Origin: the human T2T-CHM13v2.0 reference genome, Homo sapiens
Assembly: GCF_009914755.1 (NCBI RefSeq)
Contig: NC_060928.1
Reading direction: 5' to 3' (one strand)
Length of the DNA: 64,000 nucleotides
Positions 1-15,148 of the stretch are shown here, piece by piece. Position 1 is the first letter of the stretch; the number at the start of each line of letters is the position of its first letter. Made by a program: the position numbers and the translations under genes. The notes below the pieces were generated by a model. That model was not told the DNA's origin, made no database searches, and saw only the letters and a list, made by a program, of their open reading frames with translations.

Positions 1-1119
1 CTATTTTTCTATTTAATGAGGTATATTTTGGATCCCAGTCAGCAAACAACTCTCTCTACCAAAAGTAGCTGACTATAGCCCAGCCTGTCTTTGCAGTTCA
101 TGGCAGAAGAAGAGCAGAGAACACACAGGGCTCAGGTCCAGAGTTAGCTCAGAGAAAACAGAAAATCCAATCTCAGCACAGTAAACATGTAGGAATTCAG
201 CATCTCATAGAGGTTACTGAAAGCAAAGAATCAAAAATAATAAATGGTTATAAATAGTCCATGCTCTCAGAGAACTTTGAGTGCATAAACAAAACCTATA
301 AATCTTCAGCAAATGAAAATAAGGCTCTGGTTAATAAAACAAAACAAAACAGAAATGGCCTAGTGTAATTGTTAAGAAGAGGAGAAAAACATACCCCAAA
401 GAATTCAGTATGTAGTTGGTGAATTCAGAGCAAACAAAAATGGAAAATTACACCTTCTCAGCCACACAAAAGAAAAGACTTCTAAGGATTTAAATTAAGA
501 GTATCACAGTGAGGAGGAAGGAGGAGTTGATTATTGGGCAAAATATTTTGCCTCTATCAAGGCTTGAGCTCATGAGTAAAAGGTGTGCGAGGCCTCCTTC
601 CATAGTGTGCATTCAGTCCTTCTCAAAGAATCCATTCATTTCCACATTAAATTCTCAAGTAAAGAAATCAATCAAACAAAAAAACTCCCACATGTGTTAT
701 TATAGTTTCTACCTGGACTATGTGGACATGTCCTGTCTGTCTATAGCAGTTGCAATGCTATTGCCCAGAGTGGAAAAAAAGAAAAAGAAAAGGAGCTTCC
801 CATAAGGTTTATTTCTACATGTTAAAAACTCTATTGCTAAAACCCTACCACACTAGCTTAGGAATCACATTTTTAGTAAATGTCACCAACATTTTAAAAA
901 TTTGGGGCCATTTTTATCCTCTAAGAAATCTCGAAGAGATCCAGAATTCATGTATTTAAAATTTGTCTCATATAACAAATAAAAGAAAAATAAAGACAAT
1001 GAACAGCTTCACAGACAAAAAAAGAAAGATACTCCAGGTAAAGCCAAAACAATACAACTTTCTAAAAATAATATAGAAAAACAGCTTTATGACTTGAAAA
1101 TAACACTAGCCATTAGTTA

Positions 1120-1592
1120 TTAGTATTAGATTGCAAAAATAGCTACAAATGTCTCTCCTTCCTGAATCTATGCCCTTGGGCAGTCCACTTCCATATCTAT
1201 GCTGGGCTTGGCCCTGTGCCTGTCTTTGACCAATCACAAATTGCTGCAATCAAAGGCCTCGAAAGCACTAGGTCATTGAGGTTTGCCCTCTTTTGCTGCT
1301 CTCAGGACATCATCTTACCACTGCCATATGAAAAAGCACAGGTTAGTTTTCCTGGCTGCCAACCTGCCAACTATTAGATATTTATGAGACATCATCCTAG
1401 ATCATCCAGGCTCCAGCTGATGTAGCTCAGATATTAGCTGAGCCATCAAAAGCAGAACTGTAAATCATGAGCTGAATCAATGTTTGTTGTATTTAGTTCC
1501 TATATATGGGAAGGGTTTGTTATACAGCAAAAGCTAACTTTGTAGAAATTGGTACCTAGAAACGGGGTGCTATTATAACTAAACTTAAAACA
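1120..1592 (+). mobile_element. MLT1-type (MaLR) LTR plus start of internal sequence
   Basis: MLT1-like end tttgttatacagcaaaagctaac followed by aattggtacctaga...ggggtgctat. Internal-like sequence resumes at about 2350-2700. Confidence 0.6.
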
Positions 1593-2343
1593 CAGTCATG
1601 TATCACTTAATGATGGAGATACTTTCTGAGAAATAGGTCATTAGGTGACTTCCATTTTGTGCAAATATAAGAAAGTATACTTACACAAACCTAGATGGTA
1701 CACCCTAGTACACATCTAGGCTATATGGTATAAACTTTTGCTTCTAGACTGCAAACTTGTACTGCATGTAACTGTAACTGAACACTATAGGTAGTTGTCA
1801 CAAAATGGTAAGTATTTGTGTATTTATACGTATCTAAACATAGGAAAAGTACAATAAAAATGTGATATAAACAATAAAAAATGGTATCCTTGCACTTACC
1901 ATGAATGGGAATTGCTCTGGGTGAATCAACAAATGAATAGTGAGTGAATGTGAAGGCCTAGGACATTGCTGTACACTACTGTAGAATTTATAAGTAGGCT
2001 ACCCTAAATTTATTTAAAAAATATATATCTTCAATAACAAATTTAACTTTAGGTTACTGTGACTTTTCAAACTTTACAAACATTTTAATTTTTAAAAGCA
2101 TTTAAACTCTTGTAATAACACAGCTTAAAACACATTGTACAGTTGTACAAAAATATTTTCTTTCCTCAATTTTATAAGCTTTCTTAATTTTTAATTTTTT
2201 TTTTTTACTTTTTAAACTTTTTTGTTAAAAACCATAACATAAACACCCTCATTGGCCTAGGCCTACACAGAATCAGGATCCCTATTATGACTGTCTTCCA
2301 CTTCCACATCTTGTCCCACTGGAAGACCTTCTAGGGAAATAAC
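1593..2343. mobile_element. Tigger3/MER7 (TcMar-Tigger) DNA transposon fragment
   Basis: Terminus cagtcatgtatcacttaatgatggagatactttctgagaaat and ttacacaaacctagatggta resemble Tigger3. Confidence 0.8.
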
Positions 2344-3309
2344 TTATTCAAAAGAAGTTGACAAAGCCATAAGAAAACTGATTTAGCTGGCTGGAAAAAG
2401 GGAAAAATGGTCACCTGCAGTAAGTTGGAGAATAGACAACATGTCAAATGAACCTACAGACCTTGACAAGTTGGTTTGTAGGCAGAATTTTCCAAGTGCC
2501 ATTTGGATTATTTTGTTGCCTAAGATAAAGGAAGAAAAGAGAGAGAGAGAGATTAGCCAAAGAAAGATGGCTTATTTTGCAAGTAGAATTCAGAAAGAAT
2601 AAGGAGGGACAAGAACTTGCTAGGTTGGAAAATAAATCTATTGCTCATCCCCAATCTTCTGTTTCTAAAATATTCTAAAATAAAGTATGTTCTGGGGCCA
2701 GATGAAAAGACATGTTACATATACAAGGCAAACTATAAAGATGACAGTAGTTTTTTCATCATAAATAATGCAAGTTAGAAGACAATAGAACAAAATCTTT
2801 CCAAATACTGAAAGAATAAAAATATCAAACTAAAATTCCTTATCCAGTAAAGATATATTTCAAAAACAAAGACAAAATAGACATTTTTAGATGTCAACAG
2901 CTGAAAGACATAACTTACTACAAGAAATGTTGAAAAAAGTCATTCAAGCAGCAGAAAACTGATGTCAGTAGAAGCCTAGTTCTACACAAAGAATGAAGAG
3001 CAATGAAAGTAGTAATCACATGAGTAAATAAAATATTTGTCTTTATTATTTAAATATCCTTAAGAGATAACCAATTATTTAAAGCAAAAATAATGATGAT
3101 TTGAGTTTTTATCATATATAAACATAAAATGTATGAAACCAATCATACAAAAACCAGGAACAAAGAAATGGAAGTACACTCTTGTAAGATATTTTTTTTG
3201 CACATGAAGAAATATAATATCATTTAATGACAGACTGTGAAAAGTTAAAGATGTTTGCTATAAACCCTAAAGCAAACGCTAAAATAAAACAATCAAACTT
3301 TATAATTAA

Positions 3310-3708
3310 TGTGATGCTTAAGTTTATATGTTAAGTTTATATGTTAACTTGGCTGGGACATAATATCTAGATATTTGGTCATACTCTATTCTAGCTGTTC
3401 TCTGAAGGTATTCTTGAATGGGATTAACATCTAAATCTTTGAGTAAAGTAGACTGCCTTCCATAATATGAGAGTTCATCCAATCAATTGAAAGCCTTAAG
3501 AAACAGATTGACCTCTCCTGAGAGAGAAGAAATTCTGCCATAAACTGTCTTTGGATGTGAACCACAACAATTGCCACCCCACCAGTCTACCCTGCCCATA
3601 TTGGACCTACTAACCTCACAGACATGTAAATCAGTTCCTTAAAATAAACTTCTATATATACATCTATACACGTTATTGATTGTTTCTCTGGAGAAGGCTG
3701 ACTAATAC
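3310..3708 (+). mobile_element. MLT2 (ERVL) solo LTR
   Basis: tgtgatgcttaagtttatatg... to gtttctctggagaaggctgactaatac, typical MLT2 termini. Confidence 0.8.
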
Positions 3709-3723
3709 TACTAATAAAAATCA

Positions 3724-4170
<447 letters not shown>

Positions 4171-5192
4171 TTATATGCTACCAACCTACTTTAAATATAG
4201 AGATAAAAATATGTTAAAAGGCTGAAAACATTAAACCACTCTGTGTTAGTCAAAAGACAGTTGAAGTGGCAAATATTAGACAAAATAGATTTCAAAGCAA
4301 AAATATTGTCCATAATGAAGATATTTCTTAATAAATTCAAGAGCACAGAATAATCTTAAATATTTATAGATCTAATAATATAGATTAAACATATATGAAG
4401 CAAAATATGATAAAATTACAAAGAGAAATAGATGCATCAAAATAGAGTCAGAAATTTCAACTTCCTTATCACAATGTTTGATAGAATTTTAGAAATAAAT
4501 TCAGTGGTTTATAGGACACTTGAGCAGTACTATCCACCAACTTGAATGAAATAACCCAAATGTTGTTGAGGATGTAAACAAACTAAAACTTTCATGTACA
4601 TCTAATGAAAAGAAAAACTAGTAGAAGTATCTCATAGAATAGTTGGCAATATCTTAAAAAGTTAAAAAATATACCAACCCTGTGATTTAGACATTGAAAA
4701 TATACACATTTACCCAGGGGAAAAGATAGTAAGTATTTATACAAAAACCTGTACATGAATGTTAACAGCAGCATTATTTGTAACATCTTTAAACTAGAAT
4801 CGTCCTAAATGTCCATTTACAGGTGAATGGATAAACAAATTGTTGTATATACCTATAATGGAATAGTACTCAGCAACACAAAGAAATGAACAACAGTGAT
4901 ACATAAAACAACATGAATGAATCTCAAAGGATTAAGACTAAGTGAAACATTCATATTCTTATTTTATAAAATTTTAGAAACTGCAAATTAGTCATGCTGA
5001 GACAATGTAGATCAATGGCTGTCTGTGAATGAGATTGGCAAGGAAGGGAACTAAGGAAAGATTAGAAACACAAGGGAATATTTAACAGTGATGGATGTTT
5101 TATTATTTTGATTGTATTGATGATTTCATGAATGGGTATATTCATATGTAAAAACTTTCAAGGTGTATACTTTAAAGATGTGTGGTTTACTG

Positions 5193-6086
5193 CAGCAGTC
5201 CCCAACCTTTGTGGCACCAGGGACCAGTTTTGTGGAAGACACTTTTTCCACGGATGGGGTGGGATGCTTTTGGGATGATTCAACCACATTACATTTATGG
5301 TGTACTTGATTTCTCTTATTATTACATTGTAATATATAATGAAATAATTACACAACTCACCATAATGTAGAATCAGTGGGAGCCCTGAGCTTGTTTTCCT
5401 GCAACTAGATGATCCCATCTGAGGGTGATGGGAGATAGTGACAGATCATCAGGTACTAGATTCTCATAAGGAGCACACAACCTAGATCCCTCATGATATG
5501 GTTTGGCTGTGTCCCCACCCAAATCTCATCTTGAACTGTAACTCCCACAATTCCCATGTGTTGTGGGAGGGACCCAGTGGGAGGTAATTGAGTCATGGGA
5601 GTGAATCTTTCTCATGTTGTTCTCATAATAGTGAATAAGTCTCATGAGATCTGATGGTTTTAAAAAGTAGATTTCCCCTGCACAAAGTCTCTCTCTTTGC
5701 CTGTTGTCATCCATGTAAGACGTAACTTGCTCCTCCTTGCCTTCTGCCATGATTGTGAGGCCTCCCCACCCATGTGGAAGTGTGAGCCCATTAAACCTCT
5801 TTTTCTTCCCAGTCTCGGGTATATCTTTATCAGCAATGTGAAGATGGACTGATACACCTCACATGAGCAGTTCACAGTAGGGTTCATGCTCCTATGAGAA
5901 TCTAATGCTGCTGCTGATTTGATAGGAGTCGGAGCTCAGGCAGTAATGTGAGCAATTGGAAGTGGCTATAAATACAGCTGAAGCTTTGCTTGCTTGCTGG
6001 CCACTCACCTCCTGCTGGGTGGCCTGGTTCCCAGCAAGCTGTAGACCAGTATCAGTCAGTTGTGGCCCAGGAGTTGGGGACCCCTG
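5193..6086. mobile_element. MER1A (hAT-Charlie) element split by a THE1 LTR
   Basis: TIRs cagcagtccccaacc / gttggggacccctg; 8-bp TSD gtttactg / gcttactg. Confidence 0.9.
5494..5856 (+). mobile_element. THE1 (THE1B-like) solo LTR, 363 bp
   Basis: tgatatggtttggctgtgtccccacccaaatctc ... ggactgataca; perfect 5-bp TSD CCTCA. Confidence 0.95.
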
Positions 6087-7933
6087 GCTTACTGTATGTT
6101 AATTATACCTCAATAAACTTAATAAAATTATGTACTCTATAATTCCACTTATATAAAAGTAAATACAGCCAATAGTAAACTATATTGTTTATGGATGCAA
6201 ACTTTGGATATTGAACTGTAAATCAAAGCAAAGTAGGGATAACCTTGAAAGTTAGGATACTGAATAACTCTAAGATGGATGGAAAGATTTATCATTGGGA
6301 ATAACATCTGGATTCTAGTGAAGTTCTATTTCTCGATCTCTGTGTGGGTTATGCGATATTTGCCTAACAAAAAATTGTTTAAGCTGCACCTGTATTCATG
6401 TTGCATAGGCATATAAGTGTGGCTTAGGGCATTCAGAGCAGTCTTTACATGATCTAACAACACAACACTGACCTGCACATTCTCTAAGTGGGACATCTGA
6501 GTTTCATTTCTTTGAAATGTTCTTTAAAATTTTTGAGAAAAAGGTGTTAACAATTCTGCCACAAAGATTAAGACTGGATTTGGTTAATCTTCAGGAAAGC
6601 AGAAACTTGTTTGTAACTACTTGAAAATCCCTTTCTGGTATTTGAGCTTTGTGGGACTTTTGCAGTAATTTACAGCTTGATTTTAACCGGGTTGAACTTT
6701 AATTTAACCAGTTGATTGTGGCAAGTTATGATAAACAGCATGAAAAAGAAAAAACAATTTCTTTCATAACTGATAATGTACACATGCTGAGGAGAAAGTG
6801 GGACTCTGAATTCTTTTGGTGATCAGCCATTAAATCATAAAGAAGAGGTGTCTTCTTTATGGGAAGATAGAATAGAAGCAAGATCTTCTTAGGTATGTGA
6901 TCCTGGGCAGATGACTTTATTATACTTCTGTGAAATGGTGCCTCAGCAACCACTTATATTTTGGCTGTGAAAATCAAGTGGCTATAAATGTATTAAAATA
7001 CATCCGAAGCCTATAGCCCTAAATAATGTAGCAACTCTCAAGTTGCTTTTATTAATATCAGTTTTCATAGTTTTCATTCTAATTTGTCATAGTTTTCATT
7101 CTAATTTGTTTGCTGATTTCTTATCATTATTCTCAGTAATGCAGTCTTTCTCTGAATCATAGTTAGTATTCTTGACCCAGTGACTCAAGTCAGCATGTCT
7201 AATTTCTTAAATCTGAATTGTCTGCAAGATTTCATCTTGATTCTATCTTTTGGGTTGCGCTCAAGCCAGTGTACCAATTTCACAATATCTGCTAATTGGT
7301 ACATTGTTGCCTACCATCTTTAAAATAGCCTGCTCTATAACTCTAGTTTTTTTAAGGAAATCAAAACAATGCCATTATTATAAAAGTTAATGACATAGCA
7401 ATAACAGATCTATTGTCACAGTGCTTATCCACTGCAAGTGTCCAATATATCTTACTAATTTTTCAGAGTTTAGTATTTCCACTGTTGAAGTTCTTTTTAT
7501 TTTTCATAAGATGGTTCACAATGGACACAGGGCTCAACATTACAGAAGAAATTGTATCAGTCTTTAACATCTTATCCATAAATAATGGCATTGTAAATAC
7601 ACACACACACGTCAATTATAATTGATATACCCTCATGCAAAAGCATTATTAAAATCTACAATATTGATATAATAATACCACCTACATCATTGAGTTCTGA
7701 AAATTCAATGAGTGCATACATGCAGAAAGTTTAAAATAAAGACTAGGAAAATGTGTCGGATGTTTTCTTCTTTGATCTTAAAGACAGAGATAAAATGTAC
7801 ATATTTTCTTAGTCGAAATCTAACTTAGTATATATCTATTAAGTTAATATTTACTCTGACTCTCAAACATTCTGAATCTCTTAGTGGCCAATCACTTGTC
7901 TAATGCCACCCAGTTGGAAGGAGCTAAAATTGC

Positions 7934-8018
7934 TTTTTTGTTTTTTATTTGCTTGTTTGTTTTTTGAGACAGGGTCTCACTCTGTTGCCCGGGCTGGAGT
8001 GCGCTGGTGTGATCACAG
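7934..8018 (-). mobile_element. Very short 5'-truncated Alu within MIR-like sequence
   Basis: T-rich tail then gagacagggtctcactctgttgcccgggctggagtgc. Confidence 0.85.
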
Positions 8019-9036
8019 AACTGGTTTTTAACCACGTTTTGGGTAATAATACTTCACAAGAATGCTGGATGATTAAATGAAGTAGTGTGTGTAATGTGTT
8101 GGCTCATTGGACAGAACACTGGGTGCTGAGGGATCATATAGGAGTCTGACTCTGCCTAACTCTTCACCTTGTTTAATAATAACACTCTGGAAAGCTCATT
8201 TATCTATACATGCCTTTAAAAGCAGACAAAGCATTTTTATTGCTTTTTTTTTTTTTTTACCACTTCCATGGCCTAAAAGAATCACTTTTGTTTTGAAGAC
8301 TCTAATTTGCAGAGTAAACAAAAAAGATGGAAATAACTAAGAAATAAAACCTCCAAAAGTTTAGGACCCCAAATAAAAATCATTTGAAATGCATAAAAAT
8401 GCATAAAATAGGTACAATGAATAGTAATAGATGGAAAAAAACAGATTCCATCATAGGTTTGTTACTTGAATACTAAACTTTTTCAATAATTAGCTGTTAT
8501 AATATCCGTGTTCAAAAACACAGCACTCAGTGCAGATCAAAATTCTAAAATAAACAACAGTTACTTTCCATTTTCTCTTGAGTAAGTTATGAGATTACCT
8601 CTATTGCTCTAATCTAGAAGATATGAAAACAGGCCCTCCGGCCCTAACTGACTCTGTGTTGTGTAATAATATTTCCCTTCACCAACCTTTACAATGAATA
8701 TAAAAATTCAATTTCAGACCTACAAGCTAGAAAGGGCTCAAGTGTCACCAGACTTTTCTAAGGGGATATTTTCTGTTTTTGTCTACATTTATATTTGACT
8801 CATTTAGTGGAGGGAGGTAATAGGATTTTTCTATCTGCTATAGAAGCTATTTCAGAAGTACACAGATATAAGGTCAGAAAATATATTTTAAAATCACAAA
8901 AGAAAACAAAATGATATGTTGGTTTTGAACCCTAGGGTCTTTCAACATTATAATCAAGCATGCCTGAGAATATCTAGCTGTGACTTCAGAGAGAATAATA
9001 GTACACCCTTGAGTCTACTGCAACAGTCTTCCATGG

Positions 9037-9663
9037 TATGGTAGGAAAAGAATCCTAGGATAGCTCCCAAGACTTACAAGATACACACCTCCTGGTGTGT
9101 ATGCCCTGCATAATCTCTGGGAATGTGAATTTAATGGATTTTCCTCTGCGATTAAGTAAAGCTATGTACACTATACAGTTGATCTTAAGACAGAGAATTT
9201 ATCCAGGTGGGTGCGACTTAATCACATGAGACCTTTAAAAGTAGAGCATTTTATCTGGCTGACTGAAGAAGAGGAAACCAGAAACGGAAAGCAGGAAAAG
9301 AATTTGCATCACTCTTGTTGGTTTAAAGGTAGAGGGGATAGAGAGCAAGGAAAGTGTGCAGTACTCCAGGAGCTAAGAGCAGTCCCTGGCTGTGGGTCGG
9401 CAGGGAATTAGGAAACTCAGTAATATAGCCACAGTCAACTGAAATTTGCCAGGAAGAATGATCTTAGACGTGGATTTTCCTCCAAAGTCTGCAGAAAAGA
9501 ACTCAGCTTTGCCTATACCTGGATTTTGGTTTTGCAGTTTCTTTGGAAGATAACACAGTGATGGTGTGCTGGACTTGACCTACACAATTGTTAGCTAGTA
9601 AATCAGTGTTTTTAGCCTCTAAGTTGGTGATAATTTGCTACGCAGCAATAGAAAACAAATTCA
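9037..9663 (+). mobile_element. MLT1E-like solo LTR
   Basis: MLT1 motifs (atccaggtggg...taatcacatgag; gcagcaatagaaaac); perfect 5-bp TSD CATGG. Confidence 0.85.
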
Positions 9664-10135
9664 CATGGCTTGGATCCTACCCAAATAGTTTTTATTATTT
9701 CATTAATTCATTTGTTCATCTCTATATTTATTTCTGAACACATTCATTAAGTGCCTATCATGTCCCTTCTCTAATCGTTATGACGAGTTTTTAACATACA
9801 AGACAATTTTATGACCCTCACCTTAAAGACTATGTTATCAGGATACTGGAATGTAACATTATTTACTGTTCCTAAACATTATCAAATACACATACTGCAG
9901 ATACTCTGAAAGTTGTGAAAGCTTTAAATAATTCAGTATGCAGTTTTGTGGCTCATATAGAAAGCTTGATGGGCCTTGTGAAAAGCTGTAGGCATTGCCC
10001 ATGTCTAAAGGATAAAAGCGGTAGATGACAGTACTCCATGTAATTATTTTGGCTGTCTCACAGGCTTATTGAAATTTCCTTGGAGTGACATCAACAAGAT
10101 GGCTATCTAGAAGCTCCTAGCATCCTTCTTTCTAC

Positions 10136-10185
10136 CACACACACACACACAGACACACACATACACACACACACACAGACACACA
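10136..10185. repeat. (CA)n microsatellite
   Basis: Interrupted CA run in the L1 5' UTR. Confidence 0.95.
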
Positions 10186-13100
10186 AAAAAGCTATGAATA
10201 ATCAAGTACTTTTTGACCAAAATAACTAAAGGAGAGCTCTAGAGAATAGCAAAGAAGCAGCAGAAATCCTGTAGAGCATAGAAACCCAGGATGGCTGCAT
10301 AGGGAAGGGAAAAAGATACCTCGCCTCCGCCACTCCATCCCCTCAGTTGGAATCAGCTCAGAACCAGGGAGGACTCCTTTCTGCAGGGAAAAATAAAGAC
10401 GACCCCAGCAATTCTGATTGCCACTGCAGACACCTGCAGCCTTTGTTATCAGAGACTCCTACAGTCCTCACAAGCTCTAAACTCAACTGAGAGAGCTCCC
10501 TAGAGTCACATGCTGAGCTATATTCAGAGAAGGTGACAACACTGTGCCCTGGCCTCACTTCTCCCCACTGCCCCCTGTCCCCTATCCTATTGCCTGTACT
10601 GCTACTGCACTACACCATTTTGGAACCAGAGACACTACTAGAGTGCATCCTGCTCTGGGGGTGAAACCCATTGCACCACCCTCCATTCCTGAGAGTTTGC
10701 TGCTATTGCAACATGCACACTCCATAGTGTGCCATACCTGAGCCAAGCTGCTACTGTGCCCTACTCCCTAGGGCCAATCTACTATATAGCTGCTCCATCC
10801 TGCCCATTCTAGTTGCTGGGGCACCTCCACTTAAGGCCAACATCCAGTGATGGTCTGCCAGCAGGGGATTTCAGATATTCTGCACACCAGAGCTATCAAC
10901 TGCACCTCACCTTCTAGCACCACAGGTGAGGCAGCTTCCTGAACCTAGAGACTCTAATAACTCTGGCATACCAGACTAGTTGTTTGCCCCAGCATCACAG
11001 CTGATACAGTGCCCTGCTCCCCAGGCATCTGGCAGCCCCACTAACCCACATAGCCATGCTTTCTGGAGCTGAGAAGACATAGTACCTGAAGTCCCAGGAA
11101 ATCACAGGAGCTGTGCCACTACCATCTCCAGGACAAAGAGCCACAGTTCCTGCATACCTGTAACTGGACTAACCTCCACCCATCTGAGCTGGTGAGATGT
11201 CCCACCTTTCCAGGGAATGAAGTCATTGCTGTGCTGCTCCACCACCCTCAATCCCAGGCCCAAGCCACAGTGGTGCCTTGCCATTCCTGAGTACTTGCTG
11301 TTACTGTACCCAGGCTCACAGAGCCTGGGCTTCTGTCATGTCCCACCATCCCAGGGTCCAAACTCCACACTATGTGCTATCTCATCCCTCAGATCCTGAG
11401 CTGCTTCTATGTCCTGTTGGTTCCAGGATCTGAATTGTAGCTGTGCACTGTTCCGTGAGGATTTAGTCTCTGGAAAATCCCTTCTTCTCCAGAGCTGCAC
11501 CAGTGCTGTACCCTGTTTCCCAGGGTCAGAACATAGCTATATTACAGCCTCCTGGGTTTAAGCTGCTAGAGTTTGTCTCAAAGCAATAGATCCCAGCTTT
11601 TTGGGAGAACTGCATCCACTTGTGCCTGGGAATGTGAACCTGTGTCTCAAGTCCCAGGTGTTATAGTAATTTCACAGGACGCCCCACTGTGGGGGAAGAT
11701 AAGAACAGAATGATTCCCAAAGTTCTTGCCATAATAACATACATAGCCACCATTATTGCCACAAATTCCTGTAGCCTAGACCACCAAGGTACCAAGGTAT
11801 GTCAGTCATCACTGACACTGATCACAATTGAAGAAGCTGCATACAGACTGTATCACTGGGCCCACACAGAACTACAGCCACTGCACTTTGCCCAACCAGT
11901 ACCCTCAGGCCCACCTTCGGTGAAAGCCTACAAAAGCTACTCTGTAAAGTTTGGAAGAGGTAACTACACAATCAGATGTGCAGACATCAATGCAGGAACA
12001 CAAGAAACACAGAAAACAAGGAAACATGACATCACCAAAGGAGCACAATAATTCTCCAGTAACTGACCCCAATGAAATGGAAATTTACAAATTGCCTGAA
12101 GAGGAATTCATAATAATATTCTTTATTATTAACAAGACACAAGAGAATACACATAGGCGATTCAATGAAATCAGGAATATAATTCATTATCTGAATGAGA
12201 AATTCAACAGAGAGATATAATAAAAAAGAACAGAAATCTTATAGCTAGTGAATTTAATCAATAAAATAAAGTTTAAAAATACAATAGAAAGCTTCAATAG
12301 CAGACTAGAGCAAACAAAGGAAAGATTCTGTGAACTTGAAGATAGGTCATTTGTGACTTGGTCTGACTTAGAGGAAACAAAAGAAAAAGGAATGAAAAAG
12401 AGTGAAGATATTCTTTGGGACTTATGGGATATCATTAAGCAAATAAATATTTGCATTATGAGATTTTCAGGACAAGAGATTAAAAAAGGGACAAAAATGC
12501 TTATTTAATAAAATAGTGGCTGACAATTTCCCATTTTGGGAGAGATATGGACATTCAGATTCACTTAGCTCCAAGGTCCCCAAACATATATAACCCAAAG
12601 AGGTTCTCTCAAAGGCACATTATAGTAAAACTGTCAAAACTTAAAGACAAAGAATTTTAAAAGCAGCAAGAGAAAACATCAAGTCACATACAAGGGAATC
12701 TCCATTAGAATATATCAGTAGATTTCTCAACAGAAACTTTGCAGACAAGGAGACAATTGGATGATATATTCAACATGCTGAAAGAAAAACCTTTCAGCTA
12801 TGGCTGTTATACCCGGCAGAGCTATCCCTCAGAAATAAAAGAGGCATAAAATATTATCCAGACAAGCAAAAGCTAAATCCATCACCACTAGACCCATCCT
12901 AAAAGAAGTGCTTAAGGAAGTTTTTCAAAAAAAAAAAAAGAAAAGAAAAAAGGCATTATAATTACTGTCATAAGTATATATGCAACTATAAAACTCACCA
13001 GTGGAAGAAAATGCATAGTCAAGTTCAGAATACTCCAGTACTATAATGGTGGTATGTAAATTATACATCTGCTTAGTATGAAGATTAAAAGTCAAAATGG

Positions 13101-13722
13101 TCAAAATAACTACAGCACTACAGCTACAATAAGTTGTTAAGAAATATACAATATGAAAAGATGTGTGACATCAAAAACATAAGTTATAGGGGGTGGAGAG
13201 TAAAAGTCTAGAGTTTTTGTATGTGATAGAAGTTAAGCTGTTATCAGCTTAAAATAGCTGATTAAAACTATAAGATGTTTTATGTAAGCCTCATGGTAAC
13301 TGCAAAACAAAAAACATGGCAGATATACAAACAATAAAAAGAAAGGAATAAAAGCTTAATACTACAGAAAATTATACCACAATGATAGACAACAAGAGAG
13401 GAAGAAAGGATCGACAGAGCTACAAAACAACTGGAAAAGAAATAATAAAATGACAGTAAGTCCTTACCTCTAAATGATAACCTAGAATGTAAATAGATTC
13501 AATCCTTTAATAAAAAGATGGAGTGGCTGAATGGATAAAGATACAATCCAATTACATGCCGCTTGTAAGAGACCCATAAAAGACACATGTAACTAAAAGA
13601 GAGCAAGAGTGGCTACAGTTATGTTTGATAAATCAGACTTCAATTAAAAAAACTATCAGAAGAGACAAAGAAGGTAATTATTTAATGATATAGTGGTCTG
13701 ACAATCAAGAAGACTTAAAAAT

Positions 13723-13967
13723 TGCATATACATATTGCATATATATATGCTATATATATGCTATATATATGCTATATATGCTATATATATGCTATATATA
13801 TGCTATATATGCTATATATATGCTATATATATGCTATATATATATGCTACATATATGCTATACATATGCTACATATATGCTATATATATGCTACATATAT
13901 GCTATATATATGCTATATATATATGCAATATATATATGCAATATATATATATGCACACACACACACG
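13723..13967. repeat. Compound (TA)nTGC microsatellite ending in (CA)n
   Basis: About 230 bp of tatatatgc / tatatatatgc units. Confidence 0.97.
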
Positions 13968-14431
13968 TCTCCAACATTGGAACACCTGAATACACAATGT
14001 AAATAGTTATAAACCTGAAGAGCAAAATAGAAATACAATAATAGTAGGGAACTTTAATACTCTTTTCAGTAATGAATAGATCAACCAGATAGAAAATAAA
14101 TGAGGATATAATGGACTCAAATTGCACTTTTGACCAAATGGACCAAACAGACATATACAAAACTGTCCATCTAATAGCTGCAGAATACACAACTTTTTTC
14201 ACACATGGAACATTCTCCAAGATAGACCATATTTTAGGCCACAAAACAAGGTTTTAAAAATTTAAGAATATCGAAATCATACCTAGTATTGTTTCAGACC
14301 ACAGTAGAAATTAGTAACCAAGGGAATCTTGAAAAATTAACAAAAAACGTTGTTGTGGAAATTAAACAACATGCTTAAACAACAAATGGGTTGAAGAATA
14401 AATCAAAAGAGAAATTTTAAAAATATCTTGA

Positions 14432-14736
14432 AGCCGAGCGTGGTGGCTCACGCCTGTAATCCGGCAGTTTGGGAGGCCGAGGCGGGCGGACCACGAGGTC
14501 AGGAGGATCAAGACCACCCTGGCTAACACAGTGAAACCCCGTCTCTACTAAAAATACAAAAAATTTGCCGGGCGTGGTGGCAGGCACCTGTAGTCCCAGC
14601 TGCTCAGGAGGCTGAGGCAGGAGAATGGCGTGAATCTGGGAGGCGTAGCATGCAGTGAGCAGAGATCGCTCCACTGCACTCCAGCCTGGGCTACAGAGTG
14701 AGACTCTGCCTCAAAAAAAAAAAAAAAAAAAAAAAA
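14432..14736 (+). mobile_element. AluY-like element
   Basis: Diagnostic ctggctaacacagtg and agaatggcgtgaa; TSD aaaaatatcttga / aaaaaaatcttga. Confidence 0.92.
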
Positions 14737-14965
14737 TCTTGAGATAAATGACAATGAAATTACAACATACCAAAACCTATGGGATGCAGCCAAACCATTT
14801 CTAAGAGGAAAATTTATTGCAATAAATGCCTACATTAAAAAAAGAAGAAAGATCTCAAATAGATAGTCTAACATTATACCTAAAGGAACTAGAAAAAGAA
14901 GAAGCTACACCAACGATTAGCAGAAGGAAAGGAATAATAAAAATCAGAAGTGAAATAAATAAAAT

Positions 14966-15107
14966 AGCCACGTGCAGTGGCTCACACCTATTATTGCAGT
15001 GGGTCATACCTATAATTCTAGTACTTTGGGAGGCTAAGGTGGGTGGAATGCCCTGAGCTCAGGAGTTCAAGACCAGCCTGGGGAACATGGCAAAACCTCA
15101 TCTTTAC

Positions 15108-15148
<41 letters not shown>

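Noticed and set aside
11689-12508. ORF1-like reading frames as a functional gene
   Set aside because: Fragmented by frameshifts and stops; fossil L1.
13722-14006. Tyr/Ile-rich ORFs in three frames
   Set aside because: Translation of a stop-free microsatellite.
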